A stretch of 64,000 bases of DNA from Rubripirellula sp. (GTDB taxonomy: Bacteria > Planctomycetota > Planctomycetia > Pirellulales > Pirellulaceae). The position numbers were made by a program, and so were the translations under genes. The notes below the pieces were generated by a model. That model was given only the letters and a program-made list of their open reading frames with translations, was not told where the DNA came from and did no database searches. This document shows, in pieces, positions 41,761 through 52,212 of this stretch; position 1 is the first letter of the stretch; each line of letters begins with the position of its first letter. Location of the stretch: NCBI GenBank assembly GCA_965216875.1, contig OZ244207.1:1920001-1984000 (forward strand), read 5' to 3'.

Positions 41761-42189
41761 ATGAGTCCGCTAGCGACAATTGATGCGGTAGTCGAAGTCA
41801 CTCCATGGGATGATTTGCAGTATTGGCCCGACGCCGAGATCGATTGGTATTTCGTTGACGATCGCACTCCGTTTCGGTTTCGTGTTGCCGGCCAAATCAT
41901 TATTGATGGGATGTTCATTGGTCTGCACGGGCCCGTGCAAAGCGGCCCCGAACGATATTCAAATCTCCTTTGCAGCATTACCATTCGAGACATGGCAGAC
42001 TGGCGCACTGAATCGGAAGGTAGCGCAAACTTCAAGGTGGCGCCGACCGTTGTGAAACGCGCAGACGATTATGATCCTGCGATTCACGGTGGCTTTCCGT
42101 TCTACAGACACCCGGAAGGACTTCGCGCAAAGGGGTTTCCGCGGAGTTCCCGATTTGCCGGCGTCTCGGTCGTCTGTAGCCCTGGTTGA
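41761..42189 (+). CDS. Hypothetical protein
   Basis: ATG with purine-rich upstream sequence, within a co-oriented run. Confidence 0.55.
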   Translation: MSPLATIDAVVEVTPWDDLQYWPDAEIDWYFVDDRTPFRFRVAGQIIIDGMFIGLHGPVQSGPERYSNLLCSITIRDMADWRTESEGSANFKVAPTVVKRADDYDPAIHGGFPFYRHPEGLRAKGFPRSSRFAGVSVVCSPG

Positions 42190-42356
42190 GCGAGCCAAAA
42201 CGCTGACCGCGTTATCGGCATTAGGGAATGTCGTGAAGAAGGCATGCGCCAATGGACGAGAGCGGTTTTGTTGTGGTACGCTTCTCTCACTTCCTGATGT
42301 GGAGATCACATTGGCGGAGTTCTTGATCTCCGATGGCAGGCGGCTCGATCGATTCT

Positions 42357-43106
42357 ATGTTTGGCTGGTTTAAAGCGCGGTGCCCCGTCGATGTCGCTGC
42401 AAAGCAGTGGATTGAAAACCGTCTCCATTGGCTTTCGGATCAGTTTGGTCGGCACACTTTCACACGCCGCGCCGTCATCCTGCCGACAAATGAATTCTTT
42501 CCCGATCCGATGGATGGGACCGAAGCGAGCGTTCGGAATCTGTTGGACCAGGTATGCCGGTACATGGAGGTCGACCCAAGGCTTGTGGCGCTTGAGATCT
42601 TTACCAATACGAACGAGCTTTGGTTGGTCAACGACGATGGCAAGTACCTTCCCACGGGGGCAGCGGGCCTTTACGAGCAGCGGGTTGGGAAAACGATCAT
42701 TCACATCGAAACATCGGAGTTGATGAACCTTCCCGGGCTTGTGGGCACGATGGCCCATGAGCTAGCTCACCTGCGGTTGATCGGCGAAGGGCGAGTGACG
42801 GGGCACGAATTCGACAATGAACTGCTCACCGATTTAACGGCCGTCTTTCATGGGTTTGGCATTTTCCTCGGTAATTCGCCGCGAAATTGGGATAGCCAAT
42901 ACAGCCGTTGGCCGGGAACGGAGCTCAAACGCCCCGAATACATGACGCTGCCGATGTTCGCCTATGCACTCGCTCATGCGGCTTGGTTTCGCGGGCAACG
43001 CAAACCAGACTGGTACCCGTTTTTATCCTTCGATCTCAAGCCTTGTTTCAAACAGGGATTGCGTTACTTGATCGAGTCAGAAGACTCCATATTTCATCCT
43101 GGATGA
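42357..43106 (+). CDS. Hypothetical zincin-like protein (HEXXH)
   Basis: AAGLY, AHELAHLRL, NELLTDL. Confidence 0.7.
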   Translation: MFGWFKARCPVDVAAKQWIENRLHWLSDQFGRHTFTRRAVILPTNEFFPDPMDGTEASVRNLLDQVCRYMEVDPRLVALEIFTNTNELWLVNDDGKYLPTGAAGLYEQRVGKTIIHIETSELMNLPGLVGTMAHELAHLRLIGEGRVTGHEFDNELLTDLTAVFHGFGIFLGNSPRNWDSQYSRWPGTELKRPEYMTLPMFAYALAHAAWFRGQRKPDWYPFLSFDLKPCFKQGLRYLIESEDSIFHPG

Positions 43107-43140
43107 CGCGGCCTAACCCCTTTTTCCGAACAAACAAAAA

Positions 43141-43572
43141 ATGCTGCAGCTGGTTCTTTTCTTCGTGGTTGCGTTTCCCTTTGCTTGGCTCGTGTCGGAG
43201 TTCTATGAAAACCGGAGAGTTCGAATCGGGCTCGGCGTTTGTTCGCTCGCAATGTCATTTGGTGTCGCGTGGCTCGTTGGTTCGCTCGACCGGCTTGGAT
43301 CCAATATCTACTTTTCCGAAGCGACGAAGGATCTGATACAAAACACGATTGTCGAACTTGAGAACGAGCGTACCGACATTGTGCTGAGGGAGTTGAAGGT
43401 CCTCCGCACCGATTTTCGACCGACCTACGAGACACGCGACGAATATGATGTTTTGGTCGACCGATACATCCACGCGATCGCTGCGTCCCCGATCGAGCAT
43501 GAAGGCGGTGATCCGCTCTGGTCCCACGAGCATGTTGAGCCGACAAGCGGTGATGATGGAAGCTCGCGTTGA
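43141..43572 (+). CDS. Two-TM hypothetical membrane protein
   Basis: Two hydrophobic N-terminal segments. Confidence 0.65.
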   Translation: MLQLVLFFVVAFPFAWLVSEFYENRRVRIGLGVCSLAMSFGVAWLVGSLDRLGSNIYFSEATKDLIQNTIVELENERTDIVLRELKVLRTDFRPTYETRDEYDVLVDRYIHAIAASPIEHEGGDPLWSHEHVEPTSGDDGSSR

Positions 43573-43719
43573 ACCGAAAGCGGCGGCGAGTTTCCTTAGG
43601 TCAGGTGTGCAGTGTTGAATCAGAGTTCCAACAATTGGGGGCTACAGAGATGGTTGATTCCGATTCACCGAGAGCCCAATTGCATCGGCAGAACACGCTA
43701 GATTGGGAGGCTGGTCCAA

Positions 43720-44301
43720 GTGAAGAAGGATGAGGCCATTGACCGATTACGCGACGGTGGCGGTCGATTTGGCAAGCAACCCTACAAGACGGTTGCGCTG
43801 GTGTGTGGGGTCGTCTGGTCGATCGTTGTCGCGATGATTGCGATACCGATCGCTTGCCTGTGTGTCCTACTTCTACTAGCGCCCTTCTTTCTTTGCGAGC
43901 GACTAGGAAAGTTCCGATGGCTTCCGTTGACGTCTGCGGTGCATTTGGTGGCCGTCGTGTTGATCGCAAACGTTCTATTCGGAGCAACGATTGCGATTTG
44001 TGTCGGTGTCCTGATCTTGGGGAACTTGCTTTCGACGCTCTCGATCTTTCCGCGGCCGCGCGTGTTGCGCGCGGTTTGCAACGCAGTCGACAATTTGCAA
44101 GGGCCGATGGGCAAGAAACTGTTTTACCGACGCATTCGAGTTCACAATGTGACGTCAGAATACTGCGATCTCGAGCTTGAATTGCGTGAATTCACGATCC
44201 CACCGCTATCTGAATGTTGTCGGGTCTACGACGCCTCCGGAATGGTTGGAGAGATTCCGATCGACGAGTACCCCTATCCGTGCCCTAATCCGTTTATCTA
44301 A
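43720..44301 (+). CDS. Hypothetical membrane protein
   Basis: 3-4 hydrophobic segments; GTG start. Confidence 0.55.
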   Translation: MKKDEAIDRLRDGGGRFGKQPYKTVALVCGVVWSIVVAMIAIPIACLCVLLLLAPFFLCERLGKFRWLPLTSAVHLVAVVLIANVLFGATIAICVGVLILGNLLSTLSIFPRPRVLRAVCNAVDNLQGPMGKKLFYRRIRVHNVTSEYCDLELELREFTIPPLSECCRVYDASGMVGEIPIDEYPYPCPNPFI

Positions 44302-44456
44302 ACACTTGGCAGATGGCCAACTGTTTGCCTCTTAGTCGTGGCTGCGGAAAGGGAACTACTGGGGAATTCAGAGTGAGTACTGATTCAGTGATTGTCTTTG
44401 TTGGTGAGGGTGGCCAGACTTGTACGGTGAACTACTCCCTTGCGCGGAAACAAACC

Positions 44457-44984
44457 ATGCGATACGCATCCACTCTTTTGGCGATCCTATTTTTCGGCAG
44501 TCACGCCGATGCTCAACTCATTGTGGTCAAGGGCAAGCACATGACGGTTGAGGTGGCATCGGATGTCCCGCCGGAACTGCGCGGTGATGTGACGCTGTCA
44601 TTCAGAGCCCTCGATACGTTCTTTGACGGTGGTTCGCAGGGAGCGGATTTCCGAATCAATGGCCAGAGCAAGTTGCTGCTCTTCTTTCCGCATGTTAGAT
44701 ATTGGACGGCTGACGCACGGGAGAAACAGACGCAACCGGTCGGCGTGCTCAAAAGGCGCGACGGAAAGCAAGTGCTCGTGGAGATCAAGCCGAGTTCGAA
44801 GTTCAATTCGCGGGTCGCCGACTTGATTGACGCTGACGTTTCCTCCGGCAGTCATTCCGCTGAAGAGGTCGCGACGCTCAAACGCGTGGCGAAGAGCGTT
44901 CGAAAGCGGACGGTGCTCAAAGAGATCGCCGATCGTATGGACCCCAGCACGGGCGAGCTCAAGAAGGTCGACCCGTCTGATTGA
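44457..44984 (+). CDS. Secreted hypothetical protein
   Basis: Signal peptide MRYASTLLAILFFGSHADA. Confidence 0.65.
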   Translation: MRYASTLLAILFFGSHADAQLIVVKGKHMTVEVASDVPPELRGDVTLSFRALDTFFDGGSQGADFRINGQSKLLLFFPHVRYWTADAREKQTQPVGVLKRRDGKQVLVEIKPSSKFNSRVADLIDADVSSGSHSAEEVATLKRVAKSVRKRTVLKEIADRMDPSTGELKKVDPSD

Positions 44985-45036
44985 GATCAGCGGTGAAGAG
45001 GCTGGTCGTGTGGTCGTGGCATCGCCGGGCTAGGTC

Positions 45037-45444
45037 GTAGCTACCTTCGCCAGAAGGTGGATTGGTAGCGTGGTTGCCTTCCACTTGGTCCACGCATTGC
45101 GCGAGAATCGTTTTGGTTGGTGTGTCACGAGGTAAAGTGCTTGCTCAGGTTAACGCGAGCTCCAACAATCACCCTCCCGCTTGCGGGAGGGTCGGACGCA
45201 AAGTCCGGGGAGGGAGTGGTCGATACAGAATAAACCCTCTCCGGGCCTTAGAGCCCGACTCTCCCAAGGGAGAGTGTTAGCATATGTAGCACTAACGCTA
45301 CGGATTGCAATTGTGCTTCCACTAGCAGAAATCCCGGACCGAGTTCACGCTAAATGAGCCGCGATCGAGTAAGCGGCCGGGCCTTGGTCGCCTTCACACT
45401 CGCGGCGCGTCGGCAAGGCCCGAGGCCTGACGGCCAGCGGCTCA
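45037..45444. repeat. Cluster of REP-like elements (family B 45037-45060; family E 45166-~45277; family A reversed 45355-45444)
   Basis: Sequence matches to other copies in the window; lies between convergent genes. Confidence 0.75.
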
Positions 45445-45502
45445 GGCACGCAGCCCACGCTCTGCGAGCGTGGGCGCATCGTTGTTGCCGCTCGGTTTTT
45501 CG

Positions 45503-47014
45503 CTACACGTCTGAGCCGGCGGGCACTTCGAAGCCGGAACGGTATTCTCGGGAAAGCATTTCGTTGGCTTTGTCGTTGTTGGTGAACTTCTCGGACTTGG
45601 CATCAAACTTGAGCATCGGTCCGAGGGCCAGTGGCGTGGCGCCCAAGTCGACCCCATTCGACTCGAGATGCGAGACGGTTCGTTCGAGCGTCAGTGCGTT
45701 GTCGTCCAGGCTCTTGATCCCCGAAATCGCCTCTGCGATCTCGGATGGCTTCGCGCGATTCTGTTCGCCGAGGTAGTAGGAGATGTTCCCCAGGTGACTT
45801 ACCGCTGCCGAAAGGTGACCGCACATCGCGTCGGCATTGAGCGAACTGTAGTCACGTGACACGCAGGCATCGATAAAGTTTTTGAAGTGCGCGTCGCCGA
45901 CACCGCTGGTCTTGAACTCGTAGGTCAATTTCATGTCCTTGTCGAAGACGCGACAGTAGTCGTAGCGCGTTTGGGCAACATAGCCTTTGGTGCCATAGAA
46001 AATGACGCCAATCTTGTTGCCGCGGCCTTTGCCAAACATCGCGTCGACTTCGGGACCAGCTGATTGCGAGACGTCCAAGCCGCGAGTTTCAAAGACGATG
46101 CACTTATCGCCGTAATCGTAAATCGAGACTTCGGTGTTTGCGGTGTCGCCGGCGTCAACGTACTTGGGGTCTTTGCGCTCGGCCTGATAACCAAGTCTGC
46201 CACCGTAACTGATCACCGAATCGGGATGGCGATCGAGGCCGAGGCCCCAGCGTGCGATATCGGTCTGATGAGGTCCTTGGTTGCCGAGGTCACCGTTGCC
46301 GTAGTGGCGTTGCCAGTGCCAATCGTAATGGAACTTTGCTCGCGTCAACTTGGGGTCGGTATAGGTCGCCGGGCCGCTCCAGAGATTAAAGTCGACATGG
46401 CCGGGAATCTCGTAGTCCCCTTTGGCCCCAATCGATTTGCGTCGCTTGTAACAGAGGCCACGTGCAAACTTGACGTCGCCGATGCCGCCATCAGCGATGA
46501 ATTTGACGGCTTCCTGGCAGGCGCTACTGCTGCGGCTTTGCGTGCCCGTTTGGAACATGCGGCCGTACTTCTTTGCCGCTTCGACCAGTGCGCGGCCCTC
46601 GTGAATATTGTGACTGATCGGCTTTTCAATGTAGACGTCTTTGCCAGCTTGCATTGCCCAGACGCCCATCAATGCGTGCCAGTGGTTGGGCGTTGCGCAG
46701 GTGAGGATATCGATCCCCTTCATGTCGAGTGCTCGACGAACATCTTTAAAGACCTCGGGACGACTGCCCTGCAGGTCAGCGATCTTGTCGGCGCGACTTT
46801 GCCCGACCTTTTCGTCAATGTCGACGATCGCCCGAATCTCCGTTCGCGAGTCTTTGTTGAAACCGCGAATGTGCTCGCCACCACGGCTGTTGACACCCGC
46901 GATGCAAACTCCAAGTTTTTCGTTGGGACTTTGAGCGTGTGAAGTGCGAAGTGAGGCGGCAGCGAGAGCGGCTGCGGATGCAGCCGTGAATTGACGGCGA
47001 TTGAGTTTCGACAT
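45503..47014 (-). CDS. Tat-exported Gfo/Idh/MocA oxidoreductase
   Basis: LNRRQF Tat motif; ATPNHWH, YIEKP, GNQGPHQTD. Confidence 0.92.
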   Translation of the reverse strand: MSKLNRRQFTAASAAALAAASLRTSHAQSPNEKLGVCIAGVNSRGGEHIRGFNKDSRTEIRAIVDIDEKVGQSRADKIADLQGSRPEVFKDVRRALDMKGIDILTCATPNHWHALMGVWAMQAGKDVYIEKPISHNIHEGRALVEAAKKYGRMFQTGTQSRSSSACQEAVKFIADGGIGDVKFARGLCYKRRKSIGAKGDYEIPGHVDFNLWSGPATYTDPKLTRAKFHYDWHWQRHYGNGDLGNQGPHQTDIARWGLGLDRHPDSVISYGGRLGYQAERKDPKYVDAGDTANTEVSIYDYGDKCIVFETRGLDVSQSAGPEVDAMFGKGRGNKIGVIFYGTKGYVAQTRYDYCRVFDKDMKLTYEFKTSGVGDAHFKNFIDACVSRDYSSLNADAMCGHLSAAVSHLGNISYYLGEQNRAKPSEIAEAISGIKSLDDNALTLERTVSHLESNGVDLGATPLALGPMLKFDAKSEKFTNNDKANEMLSREYRSGFEVPAGSDV

Positions 47015-47269
47015 GTGTGGTGAGTTCCCAGAACGGGTTGGGGGGAAGGCAAGTTGGAGGCCACATTATGGTGGTTCAACGAGCGGGTGTGTCAAGCGCC
47101 GCGACCGGTTGGTCATCTTCGTCTTCGACGAGGACCAAATAGCACGAAAAAAGGGCCGCTGAAGAGATGCACGAATGACGCGATTTGCACGAATCGAAGA
47201 GTGCCACGGCAAAGAAGGGCAGTGCCAAGGGTGTCTTTGCGAGGAAAGGCACGAATCGAGCGTGGCGGC

Positions 47270-48388
47270 TCACATTTTGCGTCGGACGCTGAATTCGGCG
47301 ATGGCCACAAGCGACTGCTTCGCTTCGCTCTCTTCGAGTCCCGACAAACTCGCCAACGCCTTTTCGCGATATTCTTCGGCTCGCCGACGGGTGTACTCCT
47401 TGGCGTCGCTTTGCGCCAGTAGGTCACGCACTTGCTCAAGCCGGCCCTCGGCTGGGCCCTGCAGGATCGACAGCAGCTTTTCTTTGTCGTTGCCGCCTGA
47501 AGTTTCAAGCAATCGAATCAGAGGCAACGTCATCTTGCCCTGTTGAAGATCCGTTCCGAGCGTCTTGCCAACGGTGTCGTCGTCTCCCCAGAGGTCGAGA
47601 TAGTCATCGGCAATTTGGAAAGCGATACCAACGGCATCGCCAAACGTCGCGAGGTTCGTGGCGGTCGATTCATTGGCGCCGGCGTATTGGGCACCCAGTC
47701 CACAAGCAACACGGCACAACTCGGCTGTCTTGCCGCGAATCATTTCGACGTAGCTTTCTTCGTCGAGGTCGTGCACATCGCGCGAGAGGATCTGACGCAT
47801 CTCGCCTTCGCAAACCAGTCGCGAGGCTTCACCGATTTGGCGGCATGCTTCGGTCGACGACAATGTTGCAGCTAAGCGAAAACTCTGAGCAAACAAGTAG
47901 TCGCCGAGCAGGATGCTGGTGTGGTTGTCCCACCGCGCGTTGACCGTTGGCACATGGCGACGCGTCTCTGCTTCGTCCAGCACGTCGTCATGGATGAGTG
48001 TTGCCGTATGAACCATCTCGATGACCGTACCCAAGACGACATGGTCTTCGGTGACTTTTCCGGAAGCGGCGGCCGAGAGTAACAACATTGCCGGACGCAA
48101 TCGTTTGCCGCCAAGCTGCGTGCCGTGACGCAGCAGCGGAACGAGTGATTCGTAGGGGCTTTGCAGTTCGCTGTTCAGGCGACGTTCGACCGCAGCAAGC
48201 GGCTTCAATATCGGTGCGTAAAGCTGAGCGAGCTTTTCACGTGCGTCACCAGAGACACGACGCTCGGATTCATGAGATTCATTGGCGACACGACGATCCG
48301 ATTCGGTTCGCGTTTGATAAGGATGAGCAGTTGAGGTCGAATCCATCTCGAGATCCAAAGTGATCTTCGTCAAATCGAGCCGTCGCAT
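47270..48388 (-). CDS. Polyprenyl diphosphate synthase (IspB/HepT-like)
   Basis: GGKRLRP, HDDVLD..RR, FQIADDYLD, GKMTLP. Confidence 0.93.
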   Translation of the reverse strand: MRRLDLTKITLDLEMDSTSTAHPYQTRTESDRRVANESHESERRVSGDAREKLAQLYAPILKPLAAVERRLNSELQSPYESLVPLLRHGTQLGGKRLRPAMLLLSAAASGKVTEDHVVLGTVIEMVHTATLIHDDVLDEAETRRHVPTVNARWDNHTSILLGDYLFAQSFRLAATLSSTEACRQIGEASRLVCEGEMRQILSRDVHDLDEESYVEMIRGKTAELCRVACGLGAQYAGANESTATNLATFGDAVGIAFQIADDYLDLWGDDDTVGKTLGTDLQQGKMTLPLIRLLETSGGNDKEKLLSILQGPAEGRLEQVRDLLAQSDAKEYTRRRAEEYREKALASLSGLEESEAKQSLVAIAEFSVRRKM

Positions 48389-48676
48389 GATTGGGGTGCC
48401 AACGGCGCGGATTGAACGTCAGTATTAGGTCGTCCAGGCAAAGCTTGGTGACGCCGGTCGCCTGGCAAGACCGTCCATTCGACGCGAATTTGCCATCAAC
48501 CGAGTTTTGTCTGGGCTGATTACAGCCGATTAACCGTTTTTTCACACCCCCACGTAACGGTGGCAGCAGCAAAAACGGCTGGGAATCATCTCCAAAATGG
48601 AGTTCGTGAGGCTGCTAAGGAGTGCAAACCCCCCTTGAGCCCACGAAACGGACCATCCACAAGCCCAGCAAATGGA

Positions 48677-49153
48677 TCACCCCTCCCGTTTGAATGTCCC
48701 CGATTTTCCGCCCGATTTTTCCAGCAGCAACACCGGCCCGATCGAAACCTCGCGATCGACCGACTTGACCATGTCATAGACGGTCAGGCAACCGACTGAG
48801 GCCGCGGTCATGGCTTCCATTTCCACGCCGGTCTTTCCCGTAGTCGCCACAGTGACGACGCACCGCAGCGTTTCCGACTCGGGCCAATCGAATTCGACCT
48901 CGACCGATTCAATCGGGATCGAGTGGCAAAGCGGAATCAGTTGCTGAGTGAGCTTGGTTGCGGAAATGGCCGCAAGTCGCGCAACGGCAAGCACGTCGCC
49001 CTTCTTGGTGCCGCCCTCACGAATCATCTCTGCGGTTGCGGCCAACATGCTGACATTGCCTGAGGCGACGGCTCGTCGAGCTGTGGAAGCTTTGGCGGAG
49101 ACGTCGACCATCCGCGCGTTGCCGGCCGAGTCAAAGTGAGTGGAGTCAGACAT
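48677..49153 (-). CDS. moaC: Cyclic pyranopterin monophosphate synthase MoaC
   Basis: MVDVSAK, LIPLCH, TGVEMEA, YDMVKSVD, KSGGKSG. Confidence 0.97.
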   Translation of the reverse strand: MSDSTHFDSAGNARMVDVSAKASTARRAVASGNVSMLAATAEMIREGGTKKGDVLAVARLAAISATKLTQQLIPLCHSIPIESVEVEFDWPESETLRCVVTVATTGKTGVEMEAMTAASVGCLTVYDMVKSVDREVSIGPVLLLEKSGGKSGTFKREG

Positions 49154-49182
49154 GCGTGTGATTCTAATCGCCTTCGTAAACG

Positions 49183-49219
49183 AAAAAAGGCGTCTCGTAC
49201 TGCGGGGTACGAGACGCCT
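49183..49219 (-). terminator. Intrinsic terminator
   Basis: 13-bp perfect stem aggcgtctcgtac/gtacgagacgcct with A6 on + (U-tract on -), downstream of the HTH-REC gene. Confidence 0.85.
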
Positions 49220-49279
49220 GTTCGACGAGGCATTCAGGATCTTTGTCGTGAAACGCCAGAGTGTCTCTGGCAGTTTCGA

Positions 49280-49852
49280 CTAGACCAGCTCTTTCTTGGC
49301 ACCGACGAGCGTTCGGAGACGTTCGGCCAACAGGTGGGCGTCAAACGGCTTCTTGAACGTTTCGTTGATGCTGCTGCGATCGAAGCTCATTGGTTGGCCA
49401 TCATCTGGCAGCAACGCAATGAGGATGATATCGGTAAAGTCGATGTTCTTGCGCAGGTTTTGGCAAATCTGCACCGCTTCGATCTTACCGATCGAGAAGT
49501 CGACGATGATACAATCGGGGTTGAAGCTTTCAGCTTGGATTCCCGCCTCGAAGCCGCTGGCAGCAACAGCCACCTTGAACGCCTTTTCTGGGGGAAGCTC
49601 GCGCTTCAGGTTTTCGATGAGCACTTGGTCTTGGGCGACGATCAGGCATTTAGCCATTGCTTCGTCTTCCAAGTCACCCAAGGGCATGCCGTGCTCTTTG
49701 AGAAACTTGATCAAGTATTCTCGTGGAATACGGCGGTCCTGTGATCCAGGAATGCGGTAGCCTTTCAAGCGCCCCGAATCGAACCATTTGCTTACGGTTC
49801 GGGGTGCTACTTTACAGATCTTGGCGACCTGTCCAGTTGTGAAGACCTTCAT
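49280..49852 (-). CDS. Excisionase/MerR-like HTH + atypical receiver domain regulator
   Basis: MKVFTTGQVAKICKVAPRTVSKWFDSGRLKGYRIPGSQDRRIP; receiver lacks the usual acidic pair (IVAQD); SD ggag. Confidence 0.88.
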   Translation of the reverse strand: MKVFTTGQVAKICKVAPRTVSKWFDSGRLKGYRIPGSQDRRIPREYLIKFLKEHGMPLGDLEDEAMAKCLIVAQDQVLIENLKRELPPEKAFKVAVAASGFEAGIQAESFNPDCIIVDFSIGKIEAVQICQNLRKNIDFTDIILIALLPDDGQPMSFDRSSINETFKKPFDAHLLAERLRTLVGAKKELV

Positions 49853-49869
49853 ATTAGGTTCTCCATAAC

Positions 49870-50580
49870 GCCTCGTTGAATATTCCCTCGAACAATGGTG
49901 CGTCGGTAACCATTGCTCTAGCGGCCCTTCGTCGTTGATCCTCGGCGACACACTCAACCGGTCCTGATCGGCTGTGTTTTGCAGTGATGTGGGTCACGAC
50001 AAAACGGGTGCTGTGAAGTTCTACGCTGGGTCGGGGCCAGCCGGTTTGCATCTTGCGACGCTCTCCGAACGGGTTTTTCTCGCGGTTTGGTTATTAAACG
50101 TGACACAAAGTCATGTGGGTGCATGACCGTCGGGGGTAGATGCTGCGAATCTCCGGCGGACAATGCCCAACGCTCCCTCACTCGATACGCGTCATGCGTT
50201 TGAGTCAGGATCGTTCGGCTATGCTCGCCGAGTCGCTGCCGGTCGCCAGCGAACAGTTAGAAACTGATCGCAGACGCTCAGATGCGTATCCCAGAATCCC
50301 CCCTGGGTGAACTTTGGTCGAGAATCGCCACCGGTTCGCCTTTCTTTCAGCACTTTCGTGCCTCTGGTCTGGCGAACCCGATTCGTGAGACCTCCGTCCG
50401 AGAGTTAGTGTCGAGAAAAACCGGGCTAACTCTTTAGTGCGTTTGAATGCGAACAAGCACTATCAACGGTTTTCGCGCACCCTGTCGCTCTGCTTGTCGC
50501 ATTCAAAACGGTCTGCCGAAACGGAAATCCCCGTGATTCCCAGACAATTGGACGCCTTGGGCCCTCACTAGAGTGCCCTC
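49870..50580. ncRNA. Candidate structured leader or ncRNA (unassigned)
   Basis: Several stems, e.g. 50440-50459/50491-50510 and 50333-50340/50371-50378; no credible CDS. Confidence 0.35.
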
Positions 50581-50758
50581 GCGGGTGGTGGAAAAGTTGG
50601 AAAACTTTTTTTCGGGAAAGCTTCGCGACTCCGTTTTCCCTGGGTGATCGACGCATACCCAACGACTAGTATTCGACCGCAAATCCAGCACGTTCGTTGT
50701 TTTCACTAAAGACGTCACGCGGTGGTCGTATGAGGGCGCCGGTGTGTGAGCTGGCGGC

Positions 50759-50829
50759 GTAGCTACCTTCGCCAGAAGGTGCTTGGTAGTCCGTCTTCCA
50801 CCGCACCACGCTCTGGCGAGCGTAGCTAC
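50759..50829. repeat. Inverted pair of family-B GTAG REPs
   Basis: gtagctaccttcgccagaaggtg ... ccacgctctggcgagcgtagctac. Confidence 0.8.
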
Positions 50830-50936
50830 ATCAAGCGCAATCGCGCGCTTGCGTTGCGATGCATCTTTCGCGACGGGCCGAGAAGGAGTAACGTTCGGAC
50901 TGTTGCTGTTCCTTTCAACGCTTTCAAGGTGATCCC

Positions 50937-52007
50937 ATGGACGAAACCTCGCGCAGCTTCTTCCGCAAAGCAATTGAGACACCGAGCCCGTCAGGTTTTG
51001 AAGAGTTTATCCAGCAACTTGTGCGAGATTACATCACTCCGCATGCAAGCGATGTGCAAACCGATATCCATGGCAATGTGATCGCGACGGCTGGTGATCC
51101 CAGCGGGCCACGCTTGATGTTCGCCGGTCACTGCGACCAAATCGGAATGCTCGTCAACCATATCGACGACAACGGGTTCTTGTACGCCAAGACCATCGGC
51201 GGATGGGACCCCCAGCAATTGATTGGCCAAGCGATGACAGTGTGGACCGAGAAAGGTCCCTTGGCTGCATCGATCAGTCGAAAGCCGATCCACTTGCTTA
51301 GCCCCGCCGAGCGAAAGCAAGTGGTGGAACTGGATCAACTTTGGCTCGATATCGGTGCCAAGAACAAAGCGGATGCGGCGCAGCGTGTTTCGGTTGGTGA
51401 TCCGGTAACCCTCGAACTGAAAATGCGTGAGCTGCTAGGCGGCTTGGTCAGCGGCCCGGGTATGGATAACAAGTCGGGAATGTGGACCGTCGTTGAAGCT
51501 CTGCGCCGAGCGGTGGCAGCAAACGACCCGCTGCAGTGCCACTTGCACAGCGTGACAACTGTACAGGAAGAGATTGGGCTCCGCGGTGCAAAGACCGCTG
51601 CGGGAAGTATCAATCCTGATGTTGCGATTGCCGTCGACGTCACGCACGCCTCCGATTGCCCAACGATTGATAAAAACGTGCACGGCGACATCTCGGTCGG
51701 CGGCGGACCGGTGATCTACCGTGGACCCAACATCAATCGAAAGGTTTCGGCTCGGCTAATCGAGCTGTGCGAAACAAACTCGATCCCCTTCCAATTGGCT
51801 GCGGTCGGTCGGGCAACGTCCAATGATGCCAACGTGCTACAGATTCACGGCGGCGGCGTCGCAACAGGCCTCGTCGCTGTTCCCAATCGCTATATGCATT
51901 CAGCGGTCGAAGTGATCTCGACGGACGACATTGACCATGTTGCCCAGCTTCTGTCACTGTTCGCCCAATCGCTTAGCCCGAGCGACGATTTCACGCCAAG
52001 CATTTAG
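50937..52007 (+). CDS. M42 family aminopeptidase
   Basis: SPSGFE, AGHCD, DNK, QEEIGLRGA, DVT, YMHS. Confidence 0.93.
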   Translation: MDETSRSFFRKAIETPSPSGFEEFIQQLVRDYITPHASDVQTDIHGNVIATAGDPSGPRLMFAGHCDQIGMLVNHIDDNGFLYAKTIGGWDPQQLIGQAMTVWTEKGPLAASISRKPIHLLSPAERKQVVELDQLWLDIGAKNKADAAQRVSVGDPVTLELKMRELLGGLVSGPGMDNKSGMWTVVEALRRAVAANDPLQCHLHSVTTVQEEIGLRGAKTAAGSINPDVAIAVDVTHASDCPTIDKNVHGDISVGGGPVIYRGPNINRKVSARLIELCETNSIPFQLAAVGRATSNDANVLQIHGGGVATGLVAVPNRYMHSAVEVISTDDIDHVAQLLSLFAQSLSPSDDFTPSI

Positions 52008-52212
52008 TCTCGGCAAAAACCTGCTGCCCTTTTTGTTTTGGGCCCTTCAATGCGTGAGAAATCTGGCGAAAGGCCGGGCTGTGATCGCGTCCACGCGATT
52101 CCAACCGTTGCTGGTGAGAAACGTGTAAGATAGTTGGGTCGAGACCGTGTTGATGAGGAAGGGGCGCGGACAAAACTCTCATCAACCACTACCAACTAAG
52201 GTGCGCAACACG

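Noticed and set aside
40311..45189. Intact integron or IS composite transposon
   Set aside because: No integrase or transposase, and no complete RYYYAAC...GTTRRRY attC site recognised
49280..49852. Prophage excisionase
   Set aside because: The HTH is fused to a receiver-like domain among housekeeping genes, with no phage genes nearby
50586..50640. tRNA or tmRNA 3' end (TCCACCA on minus strand)
   Set aside because: No T-arm (GTTCRA) or acceptor-stem partner upstream
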